64,000 nucleotides of DNA from Eledone cirrhosa (lineage: Eukaryota). Each line of letters opens with the position of its first letter. Within the stretch, counting starts at the first letter, position 1. The position numbers and the translations under genes were made by a program. The stretch covers positions 7,378,001-7,442,000 of the forward strand of contig OZ024744.1 of assembly GCA_964016885.1 (NCBI GenBank). The letters are read 5' to 3'. The notes beneath the pieces were generated by a model. The model had not been told where the DNA came from and ran no database searches. It was given only the letters and a program-made list of their open reading frames with translations. Shown here one piece after another: positions 13,273-26,139 of the stretch.

Positions 13273-13375
13273 GAGTCCTGTCAAATATGTAGGTTGTGTC
13301 TTCAATTGAAGGTTTAGTAGAAACAATTCATGTATTGTTTTGTACTTTTCTTTTTGTCATTCATATATAAACAAA

Positions 13376-14454
13376 TCTACTATATAAATTGGAAGTGGTC
13401 GGACGTAGTGGTCGGTGTAGTCGGATAAACGCCGAAACGGCTTGGTGGAATGCAGCGAAAATTTACACAGTTATGCAGAATGACCCGAGGAGTCGTTGGG
13501 TCGACTTTCAAGCTACAATCTTCTATGGTTACGGAGAAAATCGATGAAACAGGAATTTCCCATTCAAATTGAACTGAGAGTAATCTGTGAACGCAGAAGT
13601 AATTATTTCGAGAAACGTTGCAACCGAACGAAAACAGGAAGACGATATTTTGGTTCGTGAAGACGTTCCCTAGTTATGAACGAAAAAAAAGCGAGGATAA
13701 TACGTCATTATGTGGAGCGTGAAGAACAATTTCATGCAAAGACAAGACCAAGTTTATGGTATAAATGGAGTCGTTAGACTAATATTCTATTTAAAATAAC
13801 AGAGTGATTTCCAGCACCAGAGTTTAAGAATGATGTAAATAAAATTGAAAACGAAAATTACAGAGGTTATTACATTAGTAAAAGTAAATAGTGAAGATTT
13901 AGGCCAGTATATACGTATGCCCCGACGGACATACACATACATACGCACACACAAATACATACACACCCACAAACACACACACACACACACACGCACACGA
14001 ACGCACGCGCGTATGTATAAACCTTATGCATTTCTACAGTATTTTCACCAAACTTAAGACATAGGTTACTTATGTATTCCGGATGGTCATGGGCACTGTC
14101 ATTTTTCCAGATATTGATTATAGGGCCCCCCGGCAGATAACCCCTTTAACCACTTTAACCACTTCCTTGGAGTCGACTGAAGCACTGCAGTGCAATGCAA
14201 CAAAACGTCATAACTTCTGGAGTTCCAACCGATTTTCACAAAACTTGACACATGGGCTACGTTTGTCCTACAGATGAATGTGAATTCTCAGAATTGGCAC
14301 ATATTGGGTAGGGGACCCCTGGGGGCAGAACCCCCTTTTGGAAAAAGCCGATGATTTTGTAAAAGTATAGTTTTTGAAGTAGCACTGAAGTATTGACATA
14401 AATCTTATACACAATTGCTATTTAATATCCGAGCAATGCCGGTACCTCTGCTAG
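13376..14454 (+). mobile_element. Composite non-autonomous Helitron
   Basis: A|TCTACTATATA 5' end; CCGAGCAATGCCGG hairpin then CTAG|T at 14451-14455; the two ends may belong to different copies. Confidence 0.6.
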
Positions 14455-14975
14455 TTTATTTATAAACGCGCAAAAGGTTAGTGTCTAGACCAGTGCCCTT
14501 GTGACCATTTCGCTTTCTGAATGACACGGCAAATTTCGAAATTAATGAAACATATCCTAAGCCCATTGCTCGAAAAAGAGTACACATATCTGCTTTAGAC
14601 TCTAGAACAAAAGATAAAACTTTATGGCGCGTTTGAAATTGTTTACACACACACACACACTTATACACTCACATACACACACATGCATACACACGCAAGC
14701 ACATACATACACATACTCTTTAATACACATATACGCACGCACACACATACACACACGTGCGCATACACACACACACACACGTACACACACACATACACAT
14801 ACACGCGCACAAACACGTGCAAATACACACACAATTTTTTACTCTTTTACTTGTTCCATCACACGGTCTGCTGCCATACTGTAGCACCAACATAATTGAT
14901 ACACATCTGTAGCTCTCGACATGGGTGTGTATATGCGTGTGGCAAACTATGTGTATATGTATGTTTGTATGTATG

Positions 14976-16660
14976 TGGCTGGGAAGATCTTGTGCAAGAT
15001 TTTGTTGGACAGATTGATACAGCACATTGCTGTTGAGGTACTTCCAGAGTCCCAATGTGGCTTTAGGAATGGCAGAGGCGCTGTTGACATGGTCTCCTCG
15101 GCCAGACAACTTCAAGAGAAATGCATTGAGCAGAGCATGGACTTATACCAAGTTTTTGTCGATCTGACCAAGGCATTTGACACCGTTAATCGGAAGGCTT
15201 TGTGGGTTATTTTGGAGAGATTAGGCTGTCCTGAAAAGTCTGTGAACATTCTGAAGCTCTTCCACGATGACATGCAGGCATGGGTGAATATTGGAGGTAA
15301 ATTGTCTGAGCCAATCTCGATTGAAAATGGTGTCAAGATGATATACCTGCACCGACATTGTTTGCCTTGTATTTCGCAATGGTGTCTTTCATGGCCTTCA
15401 GGGATTGTCAATACAGTCTCTATCTCAGATATCGTACTTCCGGCAATCTGTTTAACCTTAGGCGTCTCACTGCCAACACTAAGGTACTGAGTACCTTGAT
15501 CAGGGAATGTTTATATGCAGATGATTGTGATCTCTTTGCACACTCCCAGAGTGACATGCAACACCTTATGGATTCTTTTTACAATGTGTGCAGTGCTTTG
15601 GGACTGACAATCAGTCTGAAGAAGAGTGTCGTCATGTACCAAACTGCTCCGGATAAAGTTTTCAATGAACACTCCATATACGTATACGGTCAAAAGCTGA
15701 AGGCTGCTGACACATTTGTGTATTTGGGGAGTGTGACCTTCTCTCTGGATGCAGAAGTTGGTCTACGTGTTAGTAAGATAAGTGAGTAATTTGGAAGGCT
15801 CAACGACCGTCTTTGGTGCAGGCGAGGAATCACACTGAGGACCAAGGTGAGAGTGTTTGCTGCATGTGTACTGTCAGCTTTGCTGTATGCGTGTGAGACA
15901 TGGGTTGCCTACAAACGGCATATCCACAGACTGGAACGGTTTCACCAGCAGTGTCTCAGAAAGATGCTCGGTATCAAGTGGCAGATGCATGTGAGTGATG
16001 TTGAGGTCTTTGAGAGAAGTGAGTGTCGGAGCATTGAGAATATCATCCACCAACGGTGTATGCGATGGACCGGACACTTATGCAGAATGGAGGATGATCG
16101 AATCCCGAAGCAACTCTTGTATGGCGAGCTTTGTAAAGGTAAGAGACCACCTCACAAGCCAAGGCTCCGATTCAAGGATTGTGTAAAGGACTCATTGAAA
16201 AAAACTGGTTTGATGATGGCTGACTGGGAGATAGAAACTCTTGAAAGATAAACTTGGCGTGGAATGGTGTATGACGGGGTCCATAATCTTGAGGACAGAC
16301 GCATAGAGCACGAGAAGATCAAACGGGATGTGCGTAAGCAATACCTTGGTGTATCTCTTGAAACGATCGGTGTCTCCATTGAATTGAAGTGCCCTGAATG
16401 AGGAAAGATTTGCTTGAGAAAATCTGGTCTCAGGAACCACAGTCGCAGCCATGTTCAAAGAGAAACAGTGAACTATGATCTCCACGGTGTTGTGAAGGTT
16501 CACAGGCAGCCTGATGCAGGACCTCAAGCCAGGGAGATCCATAGTTGTCAGTGTTTGAAGGAGTGAAAGTCTCTAGCAGGCTTGAAAAGCCATATCCGAG
16601 TGTCACACATCTGAGTCTGACAAGCGATTGCAATACTCTTGGCAGAGTTTGCAGCCATCA
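14976..16660 (+). mobile_element. 5'-truncated RTE-clade LINE, second family
   Basis: ESQCGFRNGRG, FVDLTKAFDTVNR, CLYADDCDL, RIPKQLLYGEL; 3' end GCAGCCATC(ATGT)n. Confidence 0.92.
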
Positions 16661-16673
16661 TGTATGTATTTAT

Positions 16674-16870
16674 GTTATCTCTTTCTCTTAATTTCGAGTA
16701 TATTTTTTTGACCGGCCACCTTCCTGATGGCAAGGTTGTAAAAGAAAAAAATTGTCATCCCTTGAATCGCAAGAATGTTTTGCAAATTTTGAAGGTACCA
16801 GCTATCGCAGCCATTTGTAGACTATGAATTAGGGAGCTGCGCTCTTTGTCCGCAAATCCAAGTTCAGTCA
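16674..16870 (-). mobile_element. 3' end of R4-like element, family C (second copy at 46648-46822)
   Basis: Minus frame [28 protein letters not shown] aligns with the family A C-terminus RTQLVRKLQVQSINGTVKIYKTFQRFCI*; ends in a (CATA)n tract. Confidence 0.7.
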
Positions 16871-16894
16871 TAATATGAATGTATGTATGTATGT

Positions 16895-17520
16895 CAGGTC
16901 ACCAGTTGGTGCTACTGGTAACATGTATCCCAGTACAACCTGTCTCATGGTCGGGTCGTTTGCGACTAAACTGCCAACCCCACCAAGGTTTCTTGGTGAG
17001 GAGGGTGACTTTGGACATCCTGCAGGACTAAAAACAAAACCTGTCAAAGGGCAAAGGAGCTCTTAAGAGTCAATAGCCATCCAAAATCAGCGGGAGAGAT
17101 GACCCCTTAACCTTTGTCAAGGCAAAATTCTAGGAGAAGGAAAACTCTGATATAACACCTGCAAACCTGATGGTATCCAATGATGTTGACTTGTTCTTCT
17201 TTTTGGTAAATATCATCTTGGTTAAGAGAGTGGGACTGGCTTTGTGCAGTGCCTTTGCTCACTATAAAAGCTTCACGGCACAGGCATTGCTTTATATCTG
17301 GAGATCTCTCTGCACTTGTCATCACATGGGCCCAGCACTATGTGTCAATAATTGTAACAAGTGTAGTGTTTGTACCAGAGTTTTCAAGTCGCTGGCTGGA
17401 CTAAAAAGTCACACTTGTTCAGCGCATCCGTAGGGCTCTCCTACATGGATATAAAGTAGTGGCCGTACTCGAAAACGAGTTGGCAGCCACCATGTATGTA
17501 TGTATGCATGTATGTATGTA
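16895..17520 (+). mobile_element. Bipartite non-autonomous RTE-derived element, family 1
   Basis: RTE-type 5' UTR (CTAGGAGAAGGAAAACTCTGATATAAC) fused to the last C2H2 finger CSVCTRVFKSLAGLKSH and a GGCAGCCACC(ATGT)n tail; other copies 26361-26828(-), 46926-47105(+), 52992-53563(-). Confidence 0.85.
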
Positions 17521-17724
17521 GGTGAGATTGAGTGTATCAATGTGTAAGTGTGATTGTTGATATGTGTGTATCTGACTTGAATGTATTTCATGTGTTCAAT
17601 ATATTACTGCAGAGTTCAGTAAATTGATTAAATTCATCGATCAATATTCAATCATCTTGCGCATACATTGAAGTATAAAATGCAAGTGATGATCAAAGAA
17701 TCGAACCAGCTACATTTGATATAC

Positions 17725-18092
17725 TAATACCACCACCAACACCACTACCACAACTACCACAACCACCACCAGTACCACAACTCCCACCACCACCACCATC
17801 ACTACCACCATCACTACCACCACCACCACATCCACCACCACCATCACTACCACAACTACCACCACCACCACCATCACTACCACCACAACTACTACCACCA
17901 ATACAACTACCATAACTAACATTACTACCACTACCACCAGCAACACAACCATCACAACCATCACAACTACCACCACCACCACAACTACCACAACTACCAC
18001 CACCACCACTACAACTACCACACTATCACTACCACCACTACCACCACAACTACCACCACTACCACCACAACTACCACAACTACCACCACAAC
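17725..18092. repeat. Imperfect (ACC/ACT/ACA)n trinucleotide repeat
   Basis: Directly visible; explains the polyV ORF. Confidence 0.95.
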
Positions 18093-18192
18093 GTGTCGGC
18101 GGTGGGCAGCTTATTTGGAACATCAACATAAAAATTCAATCAACTATTCTAGAGAAGGAATTTGTAATTTACTTGAAGCATTGTATATGGTA

Positions 18193-18537
18193 TAAAGAAT
18201 TGGAAGTTTGAAAGCCACGTCAATGCGGGTTTGGACAGAGAATAATTTTATTGTAAGAAACAGGGCTTGTTTTTTTTTACCTTAATTTATTCATGTTCTG
18301 ATATTTCGAGATTACTATCTCTTCTTCTGAGAAAAATAAAGGAAATATTCCAGTGTCTGATGTGGATTGCTATATCCAGCATCAGACACATTTGACACAT
18401 TTGAATAAATCAGACACATTTGAATAAATCAGACACATTTGAATAAATCAAGGTAACAAAACAAACCCTGTTTCTTACGATATAATTATTCTCCGTCCAA
18501 CCCGCATTGTCGTGGCTTTCAAACTTTCAATTCTTTA
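18193..18537. repeat. Imperfect inverted repeat (about 100-bp arms) enclosing a hammerhead remnant
   Basis: 18193-18293 vs 18440-18537; minus strand 18296-18333 reads TTCT-CAGAAGA-A-GAGAT AGTA ATCTC-GAAA-TATC-AGAA. Confidence 0.75.
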
Positions 18538-18811
18538 ACTAATCTAGACTTTTACAGTCCCTACATCAGAATGTGCCTATTTTGGGTTCATTTTTATTGC
18601 TTTTGATATTATTGTCAGACGCATTTTATGAAATGATATACAGATCGTTGTTTGATCGAATTTTATTCGCTTTCTTACAGGAATTAGAGACTTGAAAATT
18701 CATCGTGTTCTTTATATGACATAAGTTACTTGGTTATGAGGAGTTTGTGCTGATTGTGTGATCAGCATTATAGTATATATACTAATCTATCCTGGTAAAA
18801 ACAAACATATA

Positions 18812-18922
18812 ATCGTTTCTAATTTTGGCACAAGGCCAGCAATTACCCAGTGCATTACTGGTACTTTATTTTATCAACCCTGTAAGGATGAAAGGCAAAG
18901 ATAACCTCAGCGGAATTTGAAC
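18812..18922 (-). mobile_element. SINE, 3' half
   Basis: Matches the reverse complement of 33025-33138. Confidence 0.85.
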
Positions 18923-19175
18923 ATATGATATATATGATACCCAACAGATATGTGAAGAGTGTATTTGCGTTAATAGAGACGCCTGAATATTAACAACGCC
19001 AGGTGAGGTCAATGACACGCAACCTCTCGGCCATTAAGGACAAATCTGTATACTTGTTCTCTTGGATTTCGAGAGATTTGGAGAGCCGAGAATGCATGCG
19101 GTGTCTTTGGGTGTTAGCCGGGCCCTGGACAGGACGGGATGGGTGCTGAGAACGGCGTTGCATCAATGCATCTCC

Positions 19176-19590
19176 TCAGTCCTGCGGTACATCTTCTTCA
19201 TTCCAAACATTCACAAAGAGATCAGAGAGGTGGTTTAAGAATTTATCACCAGCCCACTTGAAGATCTCGGAACTCAGTCCATCCATTCCAGGTGACTTTC
19301 CGCTGTTTAATTTGGCAATGGCCTTCGCCACCTCATCAAATGAAGGAGGATCAGCCATTGCCAGCTTTGTAGGTCTGGATGGAATCGATCGGATAAACTC
19401 ATCATCAATTTCTGATGCTCATAAAAGTGGTCAGGCCACCTGATCAGGATTTCCTTCGGATCTCTGAGCAATTCCTTGCCGTCCTTGGAGCGAAGTGGTG
19501 ATATTTGTGGACCAGTTGGACCATAAACCTCCCTCAGCAGATTGTATAAGAGCTTTGTATCATGTCTATCTGGGGCTTCTGGATTTCATC
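19176..19590 (-). mobile_element. RTE LINE internal fragment
   Basis: PPSFDEVAKAIAKLNSGKSPGMDG...EEDVPQD, homologous to 9960-10350. Confidence 0.8.
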
Positions 19591-19601
19591 ATACTCTTTT
19601 C

Positions 19602-21270
19602 TCTGAAACTCTATGTCAAGAACATGGATGGGATGAAGAAAAATCTTGACTGGTTACAACGTTCTCAAAGGATATAGGAATGGAGTTTGGCAAAGATAAA
19701 TGTTCATACATGACTATAAAGCGGGGAAAAACAACAACCCAATGTAGCAACTTTGTCATCAATGGCCTAACTGTTTCGCCGAATACTACACCCGATTAAA
19801 GAAGATTAGGTCATCGGAACTCTCTGCACAAAACAAAACAGTGGCTCACAATGTGTTTGCTGTGCCTGTCCTAACGCCAACGTTTGGAATACTCAATTGG
19901 ACGATAGACGAAATCCGAGCAGTTGATGTTGAAGCTCGAAAAATACTAAACAACACCGGAAAATTCAACATCAACAGTGACATAGACCGCCTTTACTTGA
20001 AACGTAAGCAGGGAGGCAGAGGCCTAACATCAGTCCAGACAATATTTGAATGTCGCATCATATCTCTCCGACAACATCTACGAACCTCGAAGCGTAGGAG
20101 CCCGTTTCTCGAGCAAGTCTATCTGCATGAAACAGATAAGATCATGAGAGTTGGGAAGGAACTCCTCGAGAGATATTCCCTTTGTGATAATCTAAAACTC
20201 TCACCCAGTGAATCCATGGATGAAAAACTGCATACTTATCAACAAAAAATCATGCATGGATATGTAGCCAGGAAGCTCCAGAGTGAGAGTAATATAGATA
20301 AGGAAAGTAGTCTATCTTGGACAAACAACCGCTATATTGGAGGATACGCTTTTCCAATCGAAGAACAGGAGATTAACATGAAATACCTGATTCACAAAAG
20401 AGATAGGGATGCAGGCAAAACACCTACATGTGATAACAAGTGCAGACTCTGCAGAATTAACATCGAAGATGACAACCATGTCATCAGCAGCTGTCGAAAG
20501 ATGTCATCGCGGTACTATCTACCTATGAGGCATGATGTAGTGGACAAAACACTGTACAATGCAGTTCGTAAAAAAGATAGCCCCGATAATAAACACATTA
20601 AAAGCTACAATAATGTGGAAGACATCCATGTACATAATATGAAAGAGTACTGGTGGAATGTTCCAGTAAAAACCCCAATAAAATGCAGGCATAACAGACC
20701 AGATATTATGATATGGAACAAGGAAAAGAAGGCATGCACAGTAATGGAAGTTAGCTGCCCAGCAGATAACAATATAATAATTCAGGATTAGCGAAAAGGA
20801 GAATATTTATGCAGAAATGATGAGAAATCTGCAGATACTCCACCCTGACAAAGCCTTCAGATTTATGCCTGTGATTATTGGGGCTTTGGGGTATGTTAGT
20901 AACTGCCTCAATACAAATCTTGAGAAGCTGGGCTTCACAGGAACAGAAAGAACACAACTAGTTAGGAAACTACAAGTACAATCCATTAATGGAACAGTAA
21001 AAATATATAAAACATTCCAAAGGTTTTGCATCTAATAACTGCATATACACTTCTACTGAAGCATATACACATGCACACATACAACTCAAAACATACATCT
21101 CCATACATACAATAGCATCCATATCTACACATGCGTACATGCAGTCATGGAATACGCATATACCTAGTTGATGTTGTGTAAATTCCAATGAGTGTGTCTT
21201 GTGTCTATGTTAGAAACTGACTCTCTGTCTCTATTGGTAAACATTTATATAATTATAAAACCAGAAGAAC
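19602..21270 (+). mobile_element. 5'-truncated R4-like family A copy
   Basis: Highly similar to 6437-7833; zinc knuckle CRLCRINIEDDNHVISSC, RHD motif, RPDIMIW; followed by (CATA)n. Confidence 0.9.
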
Positions 21271-21336
21271 ATACATACATATATACATACATACATCCAT
21301 CAGTATGGCCATTGCACGATATGCCTTTATTAATAA

Positions 21337-24300
21337 CTAGCAGTTTAGCCCGGCGTTGCTCGGGTTTGTTCATTTGCTATGAAAAGTTACATACAGGTAA
21401 ACGTCGCTTGAAAGCGAATAAGCTTATCAATTAAGTGCATAAATCAGTTGAACCGGTTATTAAAAGTTACGAACCAATTAGCATTTTGGACAATTAATGA
21501 TGGGTTAATAATCTTCCAATAACGAATTTAACAGACCAAAGTTGCAAGATGGTGTCCCTGATGCCACTGGGTGTCAGATCTGTCCGCCATGGGTGACCCT
21601 ACCAGGAAATAGTTTTCCAGACGGCATAGCTCCAACACCTCCATCACCTTCACCAACATCTATAGCACCTCTTTGTAGACGATATTGCGTGTCATCCCTT
21701 GAGGAGTGTAAGCAAAAAGTCCATCCCTGCTCCCTACGCGGGACAGGCAACATAAATTTGGCCATGGGAGAAGCATGGCTCCCCCAAATGGATGACCGCC
21801 ACCGACAATGTTTGCCCTTGTGACTTGTTAATGGACATGGCAAAACATGGTTTCACCGGGAATTGGGATCGCCGGAAATCGAACGGTATATCTGACGCCG
21901 AGGGGAAAGGTTCATCCTTGGAATGAAAACATTCTCCCCTCTCCCGCACCCCGTTACAATGGTGGCCTCAATCAATCGGGGCGTCAGTGACTTGACGACC
22001 ATGCGAGTACCGTTGCGCTGAGCCAATCGAGGTTTTTAATGTTAGATGAGACATTAGGAAAAACTGCTTCCCAAAGGTCAGAAGGGCTCCTCACAATGTT
22101 GCACGGGGAGTCGATTGCTATGCCGCCCTTGTCATCCGCAAGGACCTTGTCTTCACCAAGTGCTAAAATGTTCTGATTAAATGCTGCAGACATGTTGTCA
22201 CCATGCAAATGAGCACGCATATTTGTGCTCAGGTACAAACTCTTCACCTGGGGCTACAACATGGACGACTTAAGGCAGGCACGCACTTCATCAGCTCTTG
22301 TCCCTTTGGGGATGAAAGGAAGCGTTTGCCGAAAATCCCCTGATAGCAGAAGGGTTACGCCACCCATAGGAGCCGTAGAATCCCTAATGTCTTTCAGGAT
22401 CCTGTCCAATGCCTCCAGGGCATCCTTGTGTGCCATTGTGCACTCATCCCAAACAATGAGGCAACATTTTTTGAGAACCAGAGCTTCGTGTGAACTCTTG
22501 CTGATATTGCATGTTGGTGTCTCAGTTTTTACTAAATCCAAAGGGAGTTTAAAGGTTGAATGTGCTGTCCTGCCTCCCGGCAGCAAAGTAGCAGCGGTCC
22601 CGGACGATGCAACGGACAACGCAACTTTTTCTCATGACGAATCTTAGCGAGAATCAATTTCGTTACAAAAGTTTTTCCGGTACTCCCAGGAGCATCGAGA
22701 AAGTAAATACTCCCAGTCTGATTTTGAACCGCGTCAATGATAGTTAAATAGGCCAACCTTTGGTCAGACAGGAGTTTGGGCTCATTTTCCTCTAAGTATT
22801 GGGAAAGAGATTCGATGTCATATGCTGTTTCCCGCAACAAATCCGGGGCCAACGTGTTAGCTTCCTCTCTGAGGGTCGACGGCAAGCCATACGTCGCCAA
22901 CTCACTCCCACCCATGTCGAGGAGGACCTCCTCGATATCAATGAGTGCCCTGTTGTAGATAATGTCGCTATAACCAACTTCCACTGAAGGATCCTGCGCC
23001 TGGTTCATCTGCAGTAAGTCCTCAGACATGAAGTCTCTGTACTTAACCCATAAAGATTTAGGATCAAATAATTTACACTTTTGAAGCAAAATGGCAAAGA
23101 GTTCCCGTAGACCTTTATGTGATTTCAACAAAGCTCCCTCTGCTAAAGTGGAATCCCATTGCGAATCATCTTCCAAAAGACCCCGTTTAAAGCAGGCTTC
23201 TCGGTACGTATCACATATTTCTCCATCAACAGTTTTGAGGTCCTGAAAACTTTGTGGGCCTACAACTTCATGCAGATGAAGGCGGAGATGAAAGCACTCA
23301 TGCTGACTTGGGGACACAGTGTAAAGACAGCTGTCAAATTTTACACCAGGATGTCTTTCAACAGCTTGACCTGACTTTCTTCGCACCCAAGTGTTTTTTG
23401 ACCATATAAAGTAGTATGTAACATGGGAGTACACAATTGTTTGCGCAAATGTATCGAACTGGCAAAGTTTGAAGAAACCTGTCAGAGTGGTCTCTTTCGG
23501 ATCGGTGGCCAGCTTGGCGGCGGTTTGGTCCGTAAAGTAAACCCTTTGCCCATTTTCCAAATGTACCACAAGCTGTACGATGGCAGAGTGCCAAATAGGC
23601 GCCAAAAAGCTTCATAGATACTGATGTACCGCCCCGCCAGGTATTCTGTGACCTCATCAGAGCCCTTATTTACATATTTGCATATGTATTTTTTATAGAC
23701 TTGACGGAGTTGCAAAACTCAACGTTGATGTGGGCGTTGAACAACTTCAAGAGAAGCGGGCAGTAAGGGACCACCCATCTATTGTCGACTTGACCTCCCT
23801 TTACTGTTGTGCTGAAGCCACCGTTCTCGGGCCGTCTCCGCCTGTACAGGGGGTACCCATAGCCACAAGTCTGAGTTTCGTCAACAAACTTTTGAGAGTA
23901 TCCCTTACTGCACGACCCCCCTTTCAGACACGTGTGATGCTCATTAGGACCCAACGCACACGGACCATGTTAGCTTTGACGATGTCTTGTAATTCCTGGT
24001 CAGTTGCTGGGTTAGGGATTTCAGCCGAAATGAAGCTGTCTATGGCATTTGAATTGATTTTATCAGCTAACCAAATCAAAATGTGAGCATCTGGCAGCCC
24101 TCGTTTTTGCCATTCGACGGTGAACATGTCACATTTTGCAGCACCAAATACCTGACCTTTTTGATTAAAGCCATGACTTTAGCCAGTTTCAGTCTGAACA
24201 CTCTGGCAATGAGGTCATGTCTGTTCGAATAATTTTGCCCAGGAAAAGGTTCACGGGTTACATTCTGATTCATATGTCTATAGCATTAATCTGTTATATG

Positions 24301-25051
24301 AAGTGTTATTTTGCGGGTTGTTATTTGCAATAAGCCGATTGAAAATTCCCCACATAAGCCGCATGTCAATACGGAACACTCAATACGGAACGCTCCACTG
24401 CAGTGTTGTCATATACGGAGTGAAGAGTGACAGAGAGAGTAAAGCAGTTAAATTATAGAGAGGGGGAATATTCGGAACGCTCAATTTGATCATATACATT
24501 GTTTCTCTCTCTGCAGTTTTGTCATATAGGGAGTGAAGAGCGACAGAGAGAGTAAAGCAGTTAAATTATAGAGAGGTCGTTATTGTTACGTTTGTTGTTT
24601 TATAAATTCATCTGTTGCTTTTGAATATTTATTTGATGTAAAATGTAAGTGTGTACCTAAACTGTAATTGAGACAGAGGCTTTTAAAGAGAGTTGCAGAG
24701 GAGATTGAGGGTAGTGAGAGGAATGAAGCGTGTAAGAGAGAGGGTTATCAAAGTTTGTGTCGCGTTCCTTCAGAGACGGAGGCAGTAACCTTTTAAAGAG
24801 AGTTGCGGAAGAGATTGAGGGTAGTGAGAGGAATGAAGCGTGTAAGAGAGAGGGTTACAGCATGTATTTAGTTTTATCGATTCTTTTCATAGAAGCAGGA
24901 AATCTTTGACAAAAGTAATTACGCGTTGACCTGCCCTGGTAAATTTGGAGCACATTGGAAAAAAATCATCAAAATTGGTAGAGAAATGTGGAAATGCATA
25001 AAAATCATACACACACACAGACAGACATCTACCGTTTTATATATAGAGAGA
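21337..25051 (-). mobile_element. Decayed autonomous-type Helitron (Rep HUH-Y2 + Pif1-family helicase)
   Basis: Rep motifs VEWQKRGLPDAHILIW and KYICKYVNKG; helicase FLDAPGSTGKTF, WDECTM, SGDFRQ, FAMSINKSQGQTL, FSHGQIYVA; 5' TCTCTCTATATATA at 25051; 3' hairpin ACCCGAGCAACGCCGGGC + CTAG|T at 21337; many frameshifts. Confidence 0.95.
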
Positions 25052-26085
25052 CTAGCAGAAAACCACCCGGTGGGCGGTTTTCTGCTAGCAAATCTAGTGT
25101 ATATACTGATATTGTTGAGATTTGGATGAGAAATGTTTTCGGCACCAGATGTTCACCGTCTCTCGGTGTGTCTTTTATGCATGTATAAATATATATGTTA
25201 TCTATAGGGTGAAATCTTTGAAATAAATATATGTTAAAACGAAAAAGGAGAAAATAAATAACTGGCGGCTAGAAAAAAATATTCCTATGAAATTTTAATC
25301 ATACCATTAGGTGTGAATAAGGAAATATGTTTTTATTGTCAAAACAAATGTTCAAAAGTTAAACTTCAATTTTTTGATTTATTTCCAATTTTTTCATGAA
25401 ATTGAACACTGGACATTGGCTGCTGGAAATGGAAATTAAATCGTATTTAATTGTATTTAAATTTCTAACCTTATTTTATTATTTATATTTTTTCAATAAG
25501 AAATAAAAGAAAAACAACAACAAAAATTGAAGAAAAAAATCGAACAAATCAAACGTAGGTTATGGAACTGCGCAATCTGATTAATAAATTACCTCATCAG
25601 CAGCAACCTTATTATCAGCAGCAACAACCACAAATTCAATGGCAACCTTCTTCAAATGGTCCCTATTATCAGCAGCAACAACCACAAATTCAATGGCAAC
25701 CTTCTTCAAACCACAAATTCAATGGCAACCTTCTTCGCATGGTGTCAAGTCAGAACCGCCTCGAACTGGTTACTTCTGGCTTGTGCAAGGTGTATCTATA
25801 GCAACCAGCGATTCCCTCGGCCTCAGTGACCAATGTCAGTGGAGAGGAGAAGGTAATGTTTCTATAGCGACAGTGTTTCTCTTGGTAGTACCAAAGTGGA
25901 GAAAGGAAGGGGAAGGTAATATTTCTGTAGCACGTGTTTTAGCGTCTATTCACTCTCTCTCTCTCCCTCCCGCTATCACCCTCTCGTAGTCTGTCTCTTT
26001 CTTTCACTCCCACTCTCTCTCTACGCACGTGTTTCCACTTTCGGACAGACAGACAGAGAAATTGCTGGTTATATATATACGTAGA
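25052..26085 (-). mobile_element. Non-autonomous Helitron abutting the RepHel copy
   Basis: A|TCTACGTATATATA...(CTGT)n 5' end at 26085; CCGGGTGGTTTTCTGCTAG 3' end at 25052. Confidence 0.65.
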
Positions 26086-26139
26086 TTATTAATTAATTCT
26101 ATCATGCAATGAGTGGGCGTGAAGATATATTTTAAAATG

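Noticed and set aside
13055-13326. PolyE/K/R/S ORFs (also polyV 17710, polyN 53821/59071 and the many YI/HT/CV ORFs)
   Set aside because: Translations of microsatellites.
16897-17040. Canonical HDV-like ribozyme
   Set aside because: P1 with G.U and a CTAA are present but L3/P1.1 does not fit; kept only as an unclassified structure candidate.
21574-23605. Host PIF1 helicase gene
   Set aside because: Fused to Rep motifs, intronless, frameshifted and bounded by Helitron termini.
24397-24857. Two pairs of short direct repeats as LTRs
   Set aside because: Local tandem duplications within the Helitron 5' region; no LTR signals.
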